A stretch of 64,000 nucleotides of DNA from the NCBI GenBank assembly GCA_008632985.1, contig QPGO01000002.1:310001-374000 (forward strand), read 5' to 3'. This DNA is from Psammoneis japonica. Taxonomy: Eukaryota. The first letter of the stretch is position 1; the number at the start of each line of letters is the position of its first letter. This document shows, piece by piece, positions 12,911 to 25,434 of this stretch. The notes below the pieces were generated by a model. The model made no database searches. It saw only the letters and a list, made by a program, of their open reading frames with translations, and was not told the origin of the DNA. The position numbers and the translations under genes are program-made.

Positions 12911-13568
12911 AACAACACAGTATGGCAGTATTTGTTGTAGCTGATACTCTTTCTATATAGACATGCTATGGGGAGTGTACCTTTTGTGGTTGTTACTGCT
13001 TATGTTTCCGCGCATCGCTCTGGGGTTGCCACCTGCACCGAATTTCATCCGCATTGACTGCTTTTGCTCTTGCTCTTGCTTCTTGTCGATCACTATTAGA
13101 AGGAGAGAGATTCGCAAACCATGGCGAATAGTCTAGTGATCCTACTATTATATATGCTACAAATCAAAAAGTCAAACCATTACTCTCTGGCTTAGAGTAG
13201 AAACACGTTTGAAATATTTCGCTCCGGAGCTGCAATTTGTCAACCCTTGATTCGTGGTTCTGGTGCGACAGAAACGAGCATGCGGAGAGTGGCAGCGGGA
13301 AACATTCCCATCTCTCGAGGTGCCCGCAATTCATTGTTAATATAGGCTGCCACGACTCGAACATTTCCTGAAAGCTTCGATCTGTCCATTTTGCCCAGCA
13401 GAGAGCTTAAGACTTCCCGTAGAGCCGAGTCAATCTCGTCTCCACCAATGCTCAGCTTTTCAGCTGAACTTCTTGTGATAGCCTACAGTTGCTATTAATA
13501 TGTTACGTATCAAAATTATAAAGCCAAACCATTAAACTCTAGCTTAGAGTACCATTATTATCTGTATA

Positions 13569-14235
13569 CTATGCTACGAGAGAAGCATTGTGCTTGTTTT
13601 CTTTTCCACTCTCGGCCAGCGGTCCTAGTTCGACATCACCACCGCTCGGATGATCCGTATACGGTTCATCGGGAAGCATCTTTTCCATTTCTTCATCCTC
13701 CGGTGGCGGTGGTGCTTGTTGTTGGTGATGTCCGCCGCCTCCCTTTTTTCCAAAAAAGTTGAGAACCATGGCAGACACACTCACGACGAGTCCGGTAAAT
13801 TGAATACCATTCAGCGAATGTCCATAAAAGTAAATGGACGCCACCAGTGTCGTAACCTTGCGCGCCAATCCAATAATGGAACACGTAAGGGCCCCAAATT
13901 TGGCAATTGTGACAAAAATAAAAACCTGTCCGAGTGCACCACTCAAACCGAGTGCCACCAATAGAAAGCCCATTTCTTGACACATTTGTAAAAAGACATG
14001 AACTTGATTGAGTACAAGGAGCGATACTCCCGCCAAGATGGTTTTGCCCAATTGAATATTGTACATTAAATCAAAGGGTCCCACCGAATGGACGCTCATG
14101 AGCTTGTCCTCGTACGCGCCCGTGCCGCCGTCAAAGCAGAGACTGATAAACAAGAGCAGAATACCAAACATTTGAGACGATACGCCACCTACATCTTCGT
14201 CGGCACTGCTCTTTTTGCTCGACTTGGAGTCTCCA
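13569..14235 (-). pseudogene. Duplicated last exon of the UAA-family transporter (5'-truncated copy)
   Basis: 667 bp near-identical to 17242-17908. The splice acceptor (ttctttag) and most of the intron are kept, to ~14338; exon 1 is absent. Confidence 0.85.
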
Positions 14236-14603
14236 CTAAAGAATACAAACATGGTTGGAACGAGGGTTGTGTTAGAAAACAGCTATAACGACAACGGCGT
14301 GACGACGATAGGTAGTTGTTTGTTCCATACTGTATACACTTACGGTTCCATTGCCGGCTGTCCTCCAATTCCAATCCCTTTTCTTTCTCTACTTCTTTTC
14401 TTGTTCTTCCAGAAGAGAGACAGAGCACAACCATAGAAAACTGTCGTCTGACTTTGCAAGCTCTGCAAGCGTTCGCTCGGTAGATGCGCTGTCGGGTCGC
14501 ATCTCCGTGCAGCGCTAGAGTCGTTTCTAATCAGAATCGAGTGAAGACGCTTTGCCAGCTTAAAAAGAAGCTTTTGATTACCGTCTCCCTCTTCAGAGAA
14601 GGT

Positions 14604-14976
14604 TTATCTTTTCGAATAGCAACAGTCTGCAAGTCCAGCTTCAAATTGTCTTTCCATCCCTAAATGTCGAATAAAGCCCTTCTTCTTGCTAGGAAGCAGC
14701 ATTTTATGCTCAGATTCTTTCGTTCTTGTATCTCTTCTTCCGTCTACTGGCGTGTGTTTAAAAGACTTGCACCAAGCACCAACACGTGGTGCAAAGTCTG
14801 CCACACCTTGGACACGTGAGTTTCTTGTGTTTCTCAAGACCAGTGCATGCGTGCGCCAAGCACTCAGCACAAACTCGATGTGTGGAGGAACAAGGGACAT
14901 TGCACTTACAGCACTCAAAACCAGGTATTTCGGTCGCCGCAGGCTCATCCTGCCAACGACGCTTTTCATCGGACAT
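14604..14976 (-). pseudogene. Cys-rich RING/zinc-finger-like ORF, probably frameshifted or spliced
   Basis: ECCKC...HRVCAEC...LTCPRC pattern in ORF 14758-14976; the apparent continuation is in another frame. Confidence 0.4.
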
Positions 14977-15374
14977 CCGAAGATTTCGTGACGATATGTT
15001 AGAGAGTGCCTTTTTTGCCTTCCACGGCCACTCATTTCGAACGGGAAAAATGTGAATAAGTACAACGAAAAGTGCTTGATGATACTACCAAGTGTCGGGT
15101 ATCAGATCGTTATGTATAGTTACGGAGTGGTAGAGCACTACGTCTTTGACGCCATGGCGGTGTGTCTTTTTTTGTGACGAATGACGAACGTGAAAGTTGA
15201 AAGTGTCGATGGACAAAAAGCAATGGCGAGTTCGGAGCTCGTGCCGTGCCGTTCATAAATTCGGCTGACGTCGTCGGGGTTCGCAATAACACCGTTGGTT
15301 TATTCCGGCCACATTTTCTTCCGATTTCAGTTTTTCAGAAAACGGCAAACATCATCGCCGCCGCTGTTATCACG

Positions 15375-17072
15375 ATGGAAAGAAGACGCCCGCAAGCCGC
15401 AAGCGAGGGACAGCAGCGTGTCCGTAAGATCGACAATCTAGAGTGCACTAAGCTGTTTGACGAGAGTGACACATTGCAGTTTGGAGAAGCCGAAGGACGA
15501 TTGAAAACGATTGAAAACTCGAAACTGTTCGTTTCCTCTATCGTGAAAGGCTTGTTGGACGTCGATGCCGAATGCTCCATTTATCTTGTGGGAAGTCACG
15601 TAAAAGCGTTGGAAGGGCCCATGAAAGGAGACCGATTGCCTTCTTTGGATTTGATTGTGGTTGCAGGAACCCATCGTCTTGAAAACACTCTCACGGAGAA
15701 TGTTAGCACGGACAACAAGGAACCTTCCGTTCGTTCTCACTCGTTTGGAGACATGGGAATCGAATGGCGTGATGCCAAAACTACATTGGAGGAATACCAA
15801 GGACGAATTAAAACACTGGTTGCGTTGGAAAACTTGGAGGACTTGCCGGCATATCGTAACGAGAGACTGATTGACCGCAATATGAAGTTCATGCTAGCAC
15901 CCAGCGTGAATCTAAATGAGAATGACCTCCTGTTCGTTTTTCGTATTCTTGACACGGACGATGATGTCAACGACAAGCAACTTCTAGAATCCTTCCTGAA
16001 CGGTGAATGTCATGGCCTGTATCCAGTGGAAGGAGTGTTCTTGAGAGGTGATTTATACTGTGATCTCGGTGACTGCGACCCCGCCGACGAGCTTGCATCT
16101 CCGCGTTCGAACAATGGTGCCGAAGTGGAAATCATATCACCAAGGGGTACGGACGAAGATTGCAAAAAGGTAAGATGGTTGAAACTTGAAAAGTATCTGC
16201 TTGTTCCACTCGTACTCTCTTTTATTCTCGCTCATCATTACTCGTGTCGGATTGTTTGTTTTTATGGACAGTATTCTTTCACCGCCATCTTTCCTGACGC
16301 GAACGTGCCGACCCAGGACAGGGCAAAGTGGCTTTACAAAAACTTCAAGATCCTCACCCAAGACGTCATGGATAGAGCAATCGAAGCGCTAAGCAAAAAC
16401 GAATGCAAGTTTGAGTTGTACGGCAAGCCAAACTTTTACTTCAAAGCCAACGGTTGGAAACTACAAACTACCAAGGACTCTCCTCCGGTCCTCATGCAAG
16501 GCGGCAATTGCTTTCACGTGGTTCAAGACCCAAATGATTTACAGCCTTTGGTGGACAAGTTGAGGCAAGAATATGTCATTCATGACCCAGCTGCGAAGTC
16601 TGTAAATCGAAAAACGTTTAGGATGTTCCTCGTGGGGCGATTCGCTGGACCTAATGGCAAGCTTGTGGAATTACTTTGGAAATTCATTCGCCCGCCAAAA
16701 GAAGAGCGTGAAGAGTTCCTCAAAAGGTACAGCAAATGCCCGACCCTGCAGACTCCTTCTGCCACGTCCAGTCCCGCCGCCAAGATGACTGCCGGACAAG
16801 CCCCAACTGGTTCTGCGAAGATGTACACTCAAGAACAAGACAATCAGGTTGTCATATGTTTCGAGAAATCTAAACGGGACTATGAAAAGTCTGCGAAAGA
16901 GTTTGCGGAACTCAACCGCAGGCGCCAACAGGAGCACCAACGCAACGACGAGCAGTTTGCGGAAGAGCTTGCGGAACTGCTTGCGGAACTCAACCGTAGG
17001 CACCAAGAGAAGCGCCAACGCACCGAGGAGCAGTTTGCAGAAGAGTTTGCGGAACGACGAGTAGCATCATAA
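15375..17072 (+). CDS. Hypothetical protein with Pol-beta nucleotidyltransferase-like N-terminal motif and coiled-coil tail
   Basis: Long intronless ORF (ATG 15375). SIYLVGSHVKA...LPSLDLIVV resembles the hG[GS]...DxD NTase signature with the first Asp replaced. C-terminal EFAELNRR repeats. Confidence 0.65.
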   Translation: MERRRPQAASEGQQRVRKIDNLECTKLFDESDTLQFGEAEGRLKTIENSKLFVSSIVKGLLDVDAECSIYLVGSHVKALEGPMKGDRLPSLDLIVVAGTHRLENTLTENVSTDNKEPSVRSHSFGDMGIEWRDAKTTLEEYQGRIKTLVALENLEDLPAYRNERLIDRNMKFMLAPSVNLNENDLLFVFRILDTDDDVNDKQLLESFLNGECHGLYPVEGVFLRGDLYCDLGDCDPADELASPRSNNGAEVEIISPRGTDEDCKKVRWLKLEKYLLVPLVLSFILAHHYSCRIVCFYGQYSFTAIFPDANVPTQDRAKWLYKNFKILTQDVMDRAIEALSKNECKFELYGKPNFYFKANGWKLQTTKDSPPVLMQGGNCFHVVQDPNDLQPLVDKLRQEYVIHDPAAKSVNRKTFRMFLVGRFAGPNGKLVELLWKFIRPPKEEREEFLKRYSKCPTLQTPSATSSPAAKMTAGQAPTGSAKMYTQEQDNQVVICFEKSKRDYEKSAKEFAELNRRRQQEHQRNDEQFAEELAELLAELNRRHQEKRQRTEEQFAEEFAERRVAS

Positions 17073-17241
17073 GCTCCTCATGAATGAGCGTTTCAAGTCG
17101 AATCACGTGTGATATTTCTGTTCTTGTCGATGACTCTAGAGAAAGATTCACAAACCATGGTGAATAGCCTAAAGTTCGTATTATCAAATTATAAAGCCAA
17201 ACCATTACTCTCTAGCTTAGAGTACCATTATTATCTGTATA

Positions 17242-18829
17242 CTATGCTACGAGAGAAGCATTGTGCTTGTTTTCTTTTCCACTCTCGGCCAGCGGTCCTA
17301 GTTCGACATCACCACCGCTTGGATGATCCGTATACGGTTCATCGGGAAGCATCTTTTCCATTTCTTCATCCTCCGGTGGCGGTGGTGCTTGTTGTTGGTG
17401 ATGTCCGCCGCCTCCCTTTTTTCCAAAAAAGTTGAGAACCATGGCAGATACACTCACGACGAGTCCGGTAAATTGGATACCATTCAGCGAATGTCCATAA
17501 AAGTAAATGGACGCCACCAGTGTCGTAACCTTGCGTGCCAATCCGATAATGGAACACGTAAGGGCCCCAAATTTGGCGATTGTGACAAAAATAAAAACCT
17601 GTCCGAGTGCACCACTCAAACCGAGTGCCACCAATAGAAAGCCCATTTCTTGGCACATTTGTAAAAAGACATGAACTTGATTGAGTACAAGGAGCGATAC
17701 TCCCGCCAAGATGGTTTTGCCCAATTGAATATTGTACATTAAATCAAAGGGTCCCACCGAATGGACGCTCATGAGCTTGTCCTCGTACGCGCCCGTGCCG
17801 CCGTCAAAGCAGAGACTTATAAACAAGAGTAGAATACCAAACATTTGAGACGATACGCCACCGACATCTTCGTCGGCACTGCTCTTTTTGCTCGACTTGG
17901 AGTCTCCACTGTAGAAAAGATACATGGTTGGAACGAGAGCAGGTAGTGTTAGAAAACAGCTATAACAACAACGACATCACGAGGATAGGTAGTTGTTTGT
18001 TCCATACTGTTATACACACTCACCCTCCCATAAAGAGCGCCACACCACCAACAATCATGACGACATTGATATATTTCTTGAGCGGGTATTTCTTTCCCAT
18101 GAGAGCTCCCATAATCATGACGGGTACAGGCTTGCAACTCTTGGCCAATACTTGAATGGGATAAATGACATAGCGAAGCGACCGTACCGAACAAAAGGTA
18201 CTGCCCATGGAAGTGAGTCCCAAAATGGCAAATCGCGCCGGTGGAATGGTGGTGGGTGTTTCGTTGCGTACATAACGTCCTGCCGCAGCCGTCATGGTGT
18301 ACAGCGACGATGTGACAAACAAGAAGGATAATTCGTGCAACTTGCGCCCACCCGAGGTCGTGTACTCCAACAACAACCCGTACGCGACAAAGGAAAACAT
18401 GATTCCCAAAAAACACAAGAGCAACCAGAGGAGTTCTGTTTTTGTAGTTTTCTCTTCCGAAACAGGTTTTTTGTGATTTAGACTTGGATTCTTGTACAAA
18501 TCGTCGGGCTCCACCACGTTCTTGGTAACAGAGGTTTCGGACGAGAGAGAAATATCGGACGAAAGCACGTCGTTGTCTCCTCCACGAATCATTGGAGTCG
18601 TACCGCTGGTAGGAGTGTTATCCAGAGTCACTGAATCAGTGGGTGGAGAAGTCTCGTCTTGATCAAAAGAATTGGCATTTTGGTGTTGTTTGGCCGCTGC
18701 TTCGACGGCTGCGACTGCTGCCGTGCCGACGGTAGTTTTCTCGTTTGACGCACTCGATTTCTTTTTTCGATTGATTGCAGTACTACCAGCACCTCCAGCT
18801 GTCATTACCGTTACTGCGGGTGTCTCCAT
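17242..18829 (-). CDS. UAA-family nucleotide-sugar transporter (SLC35B/UDP-galactose transporter-like), 2 exons
   Basis: Family motif YVIYPIQVLAKSCKPVPVMIMG...KKY, DGGTGAYED, ALGQVFIF...FGALTCSIIGLARK. Intron 17909-18023 (GTGAGT...CTACAG) joins the exons in frame to give 490 aa. Confidence 0.92.
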
Positions 18830-19403
18830 GATGTAGTGTTATTGCTCTTGTTGTGAAAAAGGTAACAATAGCACTAACAACAACACAGCAACAAAACGAG
18901 TGCAAAATGAGTGAAAGAAAATGACCGCGAGAAGCTGGAGTAGTTCGCTTTTTGTGTTAGTTTTCGTATTCAAAGGTTGCTCTTGAATTACGTTTTCAGG
19001 GAAGAAATCCTTATTGAATTTGGGAAGGTTGGACAATTCTTGGTTGTCCCGCAGGCAGTACCGAGTTTTACGTACGTAAACATGTACTGGGCAAGACGTC
19101 ACAGAAATGTCCATCTCCTCATACGAGCTCGCTTTTTGCTTGGAGCTCGAAACTGGTGATACAAGATAGAAGAAGGCTCGTCCGCCGTGCGAGAAATCTT
19201 CGGATCTGCGGGAGATCCGAAAAAAAATCTGCCAGATCTTCACACTTCACACTACTGTAACTGTATGATAGAAGTAGCATGCAAAGCGTTGAAGTCAACA
19301 GTCAACCCATCGGTGGTGCATGATGGTGAATCTCTTTTACTGGTACACGTAAACGCTCATCTCAGTAGTTTGTTCTGGAAAAGGCACCTCCATACCATCA
19401 ATA

Positions 19404-20216
19404 ATGCCGTCGTGTCCGTCATGGATGATACTAAGCTTCCTGTCATACTCATCAAATTATGCCGCTACTCCCTCTCAAGAATGCGGCGTTTATCTCGCCA
19501 AATCCACAATCCCCAACGCAGGCCTTGGCATGTTTGCAGGTCGTACATATCGCCATGGTGACCAGGTTTTAGACGGCGACTTGTTGGTGCCCTTGGAAGA
19601 GATTGACTGGAATAACGGAAATACGGATGACTGGGAATTTGTGTGGGAAGATTACGCTTGGAGCTCATTGCGATTTCCTTTTGCGGACGAAGAAACCGAT
19701 TCTCCCAGGGACCTGACCATGGCCAGTTTTGGTATGGGTGCCGCCATGAATTCACTCTTGCATCTAGTCAATGTGGAGGACGGCCACACGTCGAATAATT
19801 ACGCCGACCGCTATACCTCTGGGATGGAATTGACGGACGACCCGGACGCCACGTTTTGGCTCAACACTGATTTTCCTTACTACCCACCCTCCATGGAGAT
19901 TTGGGTTCATGAAATGGCAGGAGTCTCTATTTCGGGCAGAGAAGACGTGGATTTTCACTTGGTACGCATTGTCGGTCGCTACAAGGATAAAGACGGAAAG
20001 GACTTGTACAATGCAGAAGTCATTCAGCGAATACGCAGTAGCCAGCAGAATATTTCGTCCGAAATTTCACTGGGAGTGGCGTTTGGTTTGCCAAGCGATG
20101 CCTTTTACTTTGAGGATGCTCGCTACACGCGCGAACATCAATTGCAGTTCGCCTTTCGACGCCCCATGATGATTCCAGATGATATGATGCCAACAGCTTG
20201 GATGAATGTGAGCTGA
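19404..20216 (+). pseudogene. SET-domain-like protein, apparently internally deleted
   Basis: CGVYLAKSTIPNAGLGMFAG is a SET N-terminal motif. The expected SET C-terminal EL...Y motif is missing. Ends with AFRRPMMIPDDMMPTAWMN. Confidence 0.55.
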
Positions 20217-20444
20217 AGCTCTTTTTCCATCCCTATTTGACTTGCGAAAGGTACGTACGTATCTTGGTGCAGCTACCGTGTTCAGCAACAACTCCAACTA
20301 CTTATTATGATGAAACCACTGCTATTGATTGCACAATGCGCAAGAAAATATGCAAATGTCCCCCAAGATCTATGTATCTTATTTTCTCATGTATTATTAT
20401 TCTCTCTCATGGCTCTGGCAAATCGTCTAGAATCAACATCCTTC

Positions 20445-23400
20445 TCATGGAGAATCAGCTGGATTTATGCAATAGTCGAGCTTGGGTAGAGCAAAACCAT
20501 CGCACCCAGGCACGTCTTCGTTGCCCTTGCGAAGCATGCATGTCAACCCCTCCATGCAGTGACTGTCCTTGTCGCAATCACCTTGACACTGATAAAGCAG
20601 TGGAGGTGTATTATTCAACGAGACTATCTTTAATCTTGGGTTTCGTTCAAGTGATGGAATATGAACAGCTCCTGTGGTCGGAGAGGGAGTCGCAGAAAAG
20701 GATGTGGGAGATGGTGTCAATACTGCTTCCGTTGGAGATGGTGTCACTGCTGCAGCGGTAGGAGATGGTGTCTCTAGTGTGCCGGTAGGAGATGGTGTCA
20801 CTAGTGTGCCTGTCGGAGACGGGGTGTCTGGTATTGCTACCGTAGGAGACGGGGTCACTGCCAAGATTTGTTCTGTTCGAACGCAATAGTCCTTGTTTGG
20901 CTTTCCTTCACCGACACATCCCGGAACCCGTGCGGTGCCATCGCGTTTAAAGCAGTAATGCCCCTTGATGCAGTCGCTATCCGAGCTACAGTCACCTTGG
21001 CAGTGACCGAGAGGTTGTGGATGTGGTGGTCGGTTTCCAATCAAAACCAGTTCATTTGGATCGGTGCCATCCGGTGGAATAAGGAGGTTTGGTTTGATGC
21101 AGTAGTCCGTATCAGGGTCGGGATCACCCGCGCATCCAGCCACCGGTTCGAGTCCACTGCGCTGTCCACATACCAGTCCTTCGGCACACTCAGAGTTGTC
21201 GTTACAATGACCTTGGCACAAGCCCAAACTAATGGGAGCATGCGGGTCGACTACTGGTACCACTTGGAGTGCCTTGATTCTAACGCAGTAGTCCTTGCGA
21301 TACTCGGGAGTTCCAGAACATCCATAGACCTTTTCATCGCCGCGGCGCTGTGTACAAACGAGCTCTCCCTCACACTCCCTGTCAAAGTCGCAGTCCCCCT
21401 TGCATTCTTGTAACGGAGACGATGGCTTCTTCCTGGCTGTGATTTCTAGCTTTGGAGCCTTCTTGTCATCCTTGATGACCAAATTAGCAGGAGGTTGCAA
21501 ATCGGGATTGACGCAGTAGTCCTTGAATGGCCTTGGGTCTCCTGAGCAACCGGGAATGCCTCCGTCTCTGGTCTTCAGACATATCAGACCCTTTTCACAT
21601 TCTCCATTGTTATCGCAACTATAGTTGAGATATCACATTGGATCAGTATGGTGAGTCAACGAAATCCAAAAATCCTCCAAAACTAGATTCAACAAGAAAT
21701 ATCGTCACTTACTCTCCTTCGCACTCTGCAAGTGGATAAGCTTTATGTGGTTGATTCTTTGCCATGATTGCAAGAATGGGAAGAGGTCTAGGCTTTGCGC
21801 AATAGTCTCGTATTTCGGATGGATTTCCGGCGCATCCTGGAACGAGATCTCTCTTGTTGCTGCGCATGTAGCAAACAAGATTGCCTTTGCACTCGGCGTC
21901 GTTATCGCAATCGCCTGTAAAGATAAAAGGGAAACAGTGAGGCGTACAGTTCTCTGTAGCATCAGGAAACTCGATACGAAACGCTTACCTTGGCACTCAT
22001 CCAACGGAAAGGCGGTGTGTGGTGGATTCTTTGCGCGAATCTTGTACACGGGAAGCGGCGGTGGGTCAACGTTCGCCACGGTGGGCTTTCGCGAGGGGGC
22101 CAAGGTCATCACGGGAGATGGAGTCGGTGTTTTCTTTGGCGTCGGCTCCGGGTTTTTGCCCCCTTCAGAAGGCGATGTCCACGTTTTATAAGCTACTCGC
22201 GGGCACCTATTTGGGTACTCACCACCTCGTTGATTTATATTGAAAATGTGGGAATCATCCGCGGTGTTCCTGAAAATTGAGATGCGAATAGGGTTTGCCT
22301 GGCTTCCATCGGCAACTTCCATATCGACAAAGTTGAGGCCATCGTAGTTTATATATCTTGAGCAAAACCGATTGCGGTCGCCGTGAAGGTACATGACTGG
22401 AAGATTCTTGTATTCCGAAGAAAGCAATTTTTTCAACCGCCCTCCGACATCCCTTCTGTTGCGCCCAAAGTCTATGTGAGCGTGACCAAAGATTACGGCA
22501 GCCTTCATACCTTCCTCTGTTTCCGAAGCAAGTTTCAGGTTAGATCTGATCCATCCAAAGTTCTGTCGAAGGACCGCGTAATCTTGATCTGCGCTACTGA
22601 TCCCAACAAACAGGACCTTCCTGTACATAAAGGCAAAGTTCTCCAAGCGAGTATCGCCAGAAGGTCCTGTAAACGACGATTGCCGCAGGACCTGAATTTC
22701 TGGAGCGAGAGAGCCGAATCCGTTCGGATTATTAGGTCCGAAATTATCGATCCAATGACCCCAAGCTTCTCTTGGGTTAGCGCAGTTGGCATAATCAGTT
22801 GCTGCTGGAACAAAGAAACATTGGCGGGGCTCATACCACCTTGTATTCCTCGGGTGCGAAAATATTTCAGCCACGTCGTTGTAGGCTTCTGCATCGCATG
22901 GGCTCGTCTTGTTCTTGATTTCGCCCAAATGGACCATAAACGCAGGTGAAATTGGAGTTTGAAGGTTGATCTCTCTCAGATTCTTGTTCAGGCAGAACCT
23001 CTCCCGGTCGCTGTGGGGTATCCCTTCCATAGCAATGAAGCTTACAACTCTCTCTTTGGTCACTGACTTGTTAAAAGCAGGGAGGTAGTTCACATTGCAG
23101 AACTCCGAGTTCCAGGGCATTGCCTCGTCGGAAAGGTCAGGCTGAGGTAGCCGTGATGCCGGTGGCTCCGGGTATGCTACCGCTGGTGTTGTCCAAGTTA
23201 TTTCGTTGATGGATGGGCACTTCCCATTTTCCGTTTGCTCGCTGTACAGACCTCCCTGTTGGTCAATCGTGAAAGTGTACTTCCCGTTGTCAGGATTCTC
23301 CACAACTGCAATCTTAAGTGGTGGCGCTTCCGCCCCGCCTTGAACTTCAACATCAATCAGGTTTGGAGTATTGAACTGATTGAGATTCTGAGCGCAGAAG

Positions 23401-24672
23401 TTCTACATTTTGAAAACAGAAACAGCAATGTAAGCATAGCTGCACGTCGATCGTGCACGTTGACCGTTCAAGTAACTTACGTGGTCGTTACCATGAAGAT
23501 ACATTACCGGCAGATCAGGGTAATTCTCTGCCAGGAGAGTTTGAAATGGAACACCGAAATATTTTGTCCTCGGTCCGTTTAGTTGTGCGTGAGCAAACAC
23601 GACAAGCGCTTTCATATCGAAACGCTTTTGCGAGAACTTCTTCATTCTCTTTGTCAGAAATAGCATGTTTTGAGTCAACCTTTCATGACAAGTTAGAAAA
23701 AGCCGGTGAGGGGGCAAATCGCTATCAAAGAAAGAGCACTTTCACTAGGCCAAGCCGTACCTGATCTGTTCGTCACCAAATACGCGACCGCCTACGATAT
23801 TCAGTCCCACAAAGAGGACTTTTGATTCTCTGTCGAAAAAGGAAAAGTTCTCACTCCGGTCAACCCCTGGAAGTCTTTCGACGCCATATTGTCTCACGGT
23901 TGTCACGTTGAGCCGTGTGAGTTTGCCGAAGCCGGTAGGATTTTGCGGGCCTACAAGCATGATTGAGACTAGTGTTTGAGTGCGTCAAGGAATCGTGCAT
24001 AAAAAATAGAAAGATTCGTGACAAATAGCCTACCAAAATGCTTCATCCACTTTGTCCACGCGTCATCTGGATCCGGACAATCCGTCCATTCGTTATCCCC
24101 AACTACGAATAGAGCGTCCCTTGGGTTATAGTTGAGGGCGTTAGACTTGTGTGTGTACATTTCGACAATATCATTGTAGGCTTCATCGTTACATTCACCT
24201 CTTCCACCTTTTCGGATATCACCAACGTGTATCAGGAATCGTGGCGAGTCTTTAGACTTCATATCAATTTGTCGTAGTTGCTGTTTCATTTCCAAAAGGA
24301 AGCACACCGATCAAAGTTATGGCTTTTGAGATTTCACCAGATTATTCACAGTACGCATACAAACACAATTACAGATCTTACATGGTTGAGACAAAGTCGG
24401 TCTTTTTTGTCATACGGTGTATCTCCAAAGCCATAAAAGGTAATGGCCTTTTTCCAGTGAGCTACCGACTCAACAGTTGGTAGAGGAGACGTTTTGCATA
24501 TTTCGTATTCACTCGTGGTGCTGACAACATGATTAATAATTGGGCCTCCTTTTTTGTTACTGCTGAAAATGGACGGAACTGTTTCATCCTTTTCGTCATT
24601 AGTACGTAACCGGTCGCCATTTACTAGAATTAGACATGAGAAAACAAAGACAATAGAAGCAAAAGGCGCCAT
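20445..24672 (-). CDS. Paralog A: secreted protein with two metallophosphoesterase-like domains and 6 frustulin-like Cys domains (multi-exon)
   Basis: Signal peptide MAPFASIVFVFSCLILVNG. Motifs GDTPY / HVGDIRKG / VGDNEWTDC / VFAHA / YLHGN, then a second degenerate copy. Repeats such as CKGDCDFDREC and CQGDCDKDSHC; TPSPT linkers; GT-AG introns. Confidence 0.85.
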
Positions 24673-24995
24673 TGTATTCAAGTAAGGGCCGATGCTGGTG
24701 AAACTAGTAATAAAAACGGACGACTCGTGAGGATTTCGATGTTGTGACGCGATATCTTGACAAGATTTCCTGATGATCAATCCCCTGCCAGTGTCTTGTG
24801 AGGCCATTGAAATAACAAGGGCAAGTGAAAACAGATATTCTGGTATCACAAGGGCAATTACTAACCAACACTCATTTGATTCTGCGATTTAGAGAATACT
24901 TAAACATTTTTATGTGACAGTTCCATCGCTCTTAATTGGGCTTATGCATACCAACCGGCAAGACGTGCAATGGACAGAATTCCCTAAGTATATAT

Positions 24996-25434
24996 GTGTT
25001 GGCGATGTATCGTTATTATTTAGGGAAGGAAACTGAGCCATCCGCGGTGCGAAAGCGCGAGATCGCATACCAACACACGAACTGCTGAACTTGGAACTGA
25101 TGCTGATGCATGATGCATGAAGAGAATTCAGCAACATGCTGAGAGATTCTTCAGAGCGACAAAAAGATTGACCAAACAGTGTAGTGCTCCCAACTTGGAA
25201 GACATGACTTTCTAACCCTTTTTTGTTGGAGTCACAAAGCAAACGGCCCACATTTAGAGGTAGGATCATGAAAAGGAAGGTTCGAAAATCCGCACGACAC
25301 AAGGAAGACTTACCTGCTCTGGAACGATTCTTTCTGCATGCTTCCTGCTGTCTCTAGAGGTAGCAGGGAGCAAGGCGAAGGCATAAACCGGCAAATCGAT
25401 TCAAGCACTCGACGACTTGGGGTTATAGCAATAA
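24996..25434. repeat. Duplicate of the 3' end and downstream flank of paralog B (26036-26453)
   Basis: Near-identical blocks, e.g. ataaaccggcaaatcga.tcaagcactcgacgacttggggttata, including the stop codon. A 46-bp tandem repeat (25944-26035) abuts the second copy. Confidence 0.85.

Noticed and set aside
20700..20860. Regular gtaggagatggtgtc repeats as CRISPR or satellite
   Set aside because: They encode TPSPT linkers of paralog A on the minus strand.
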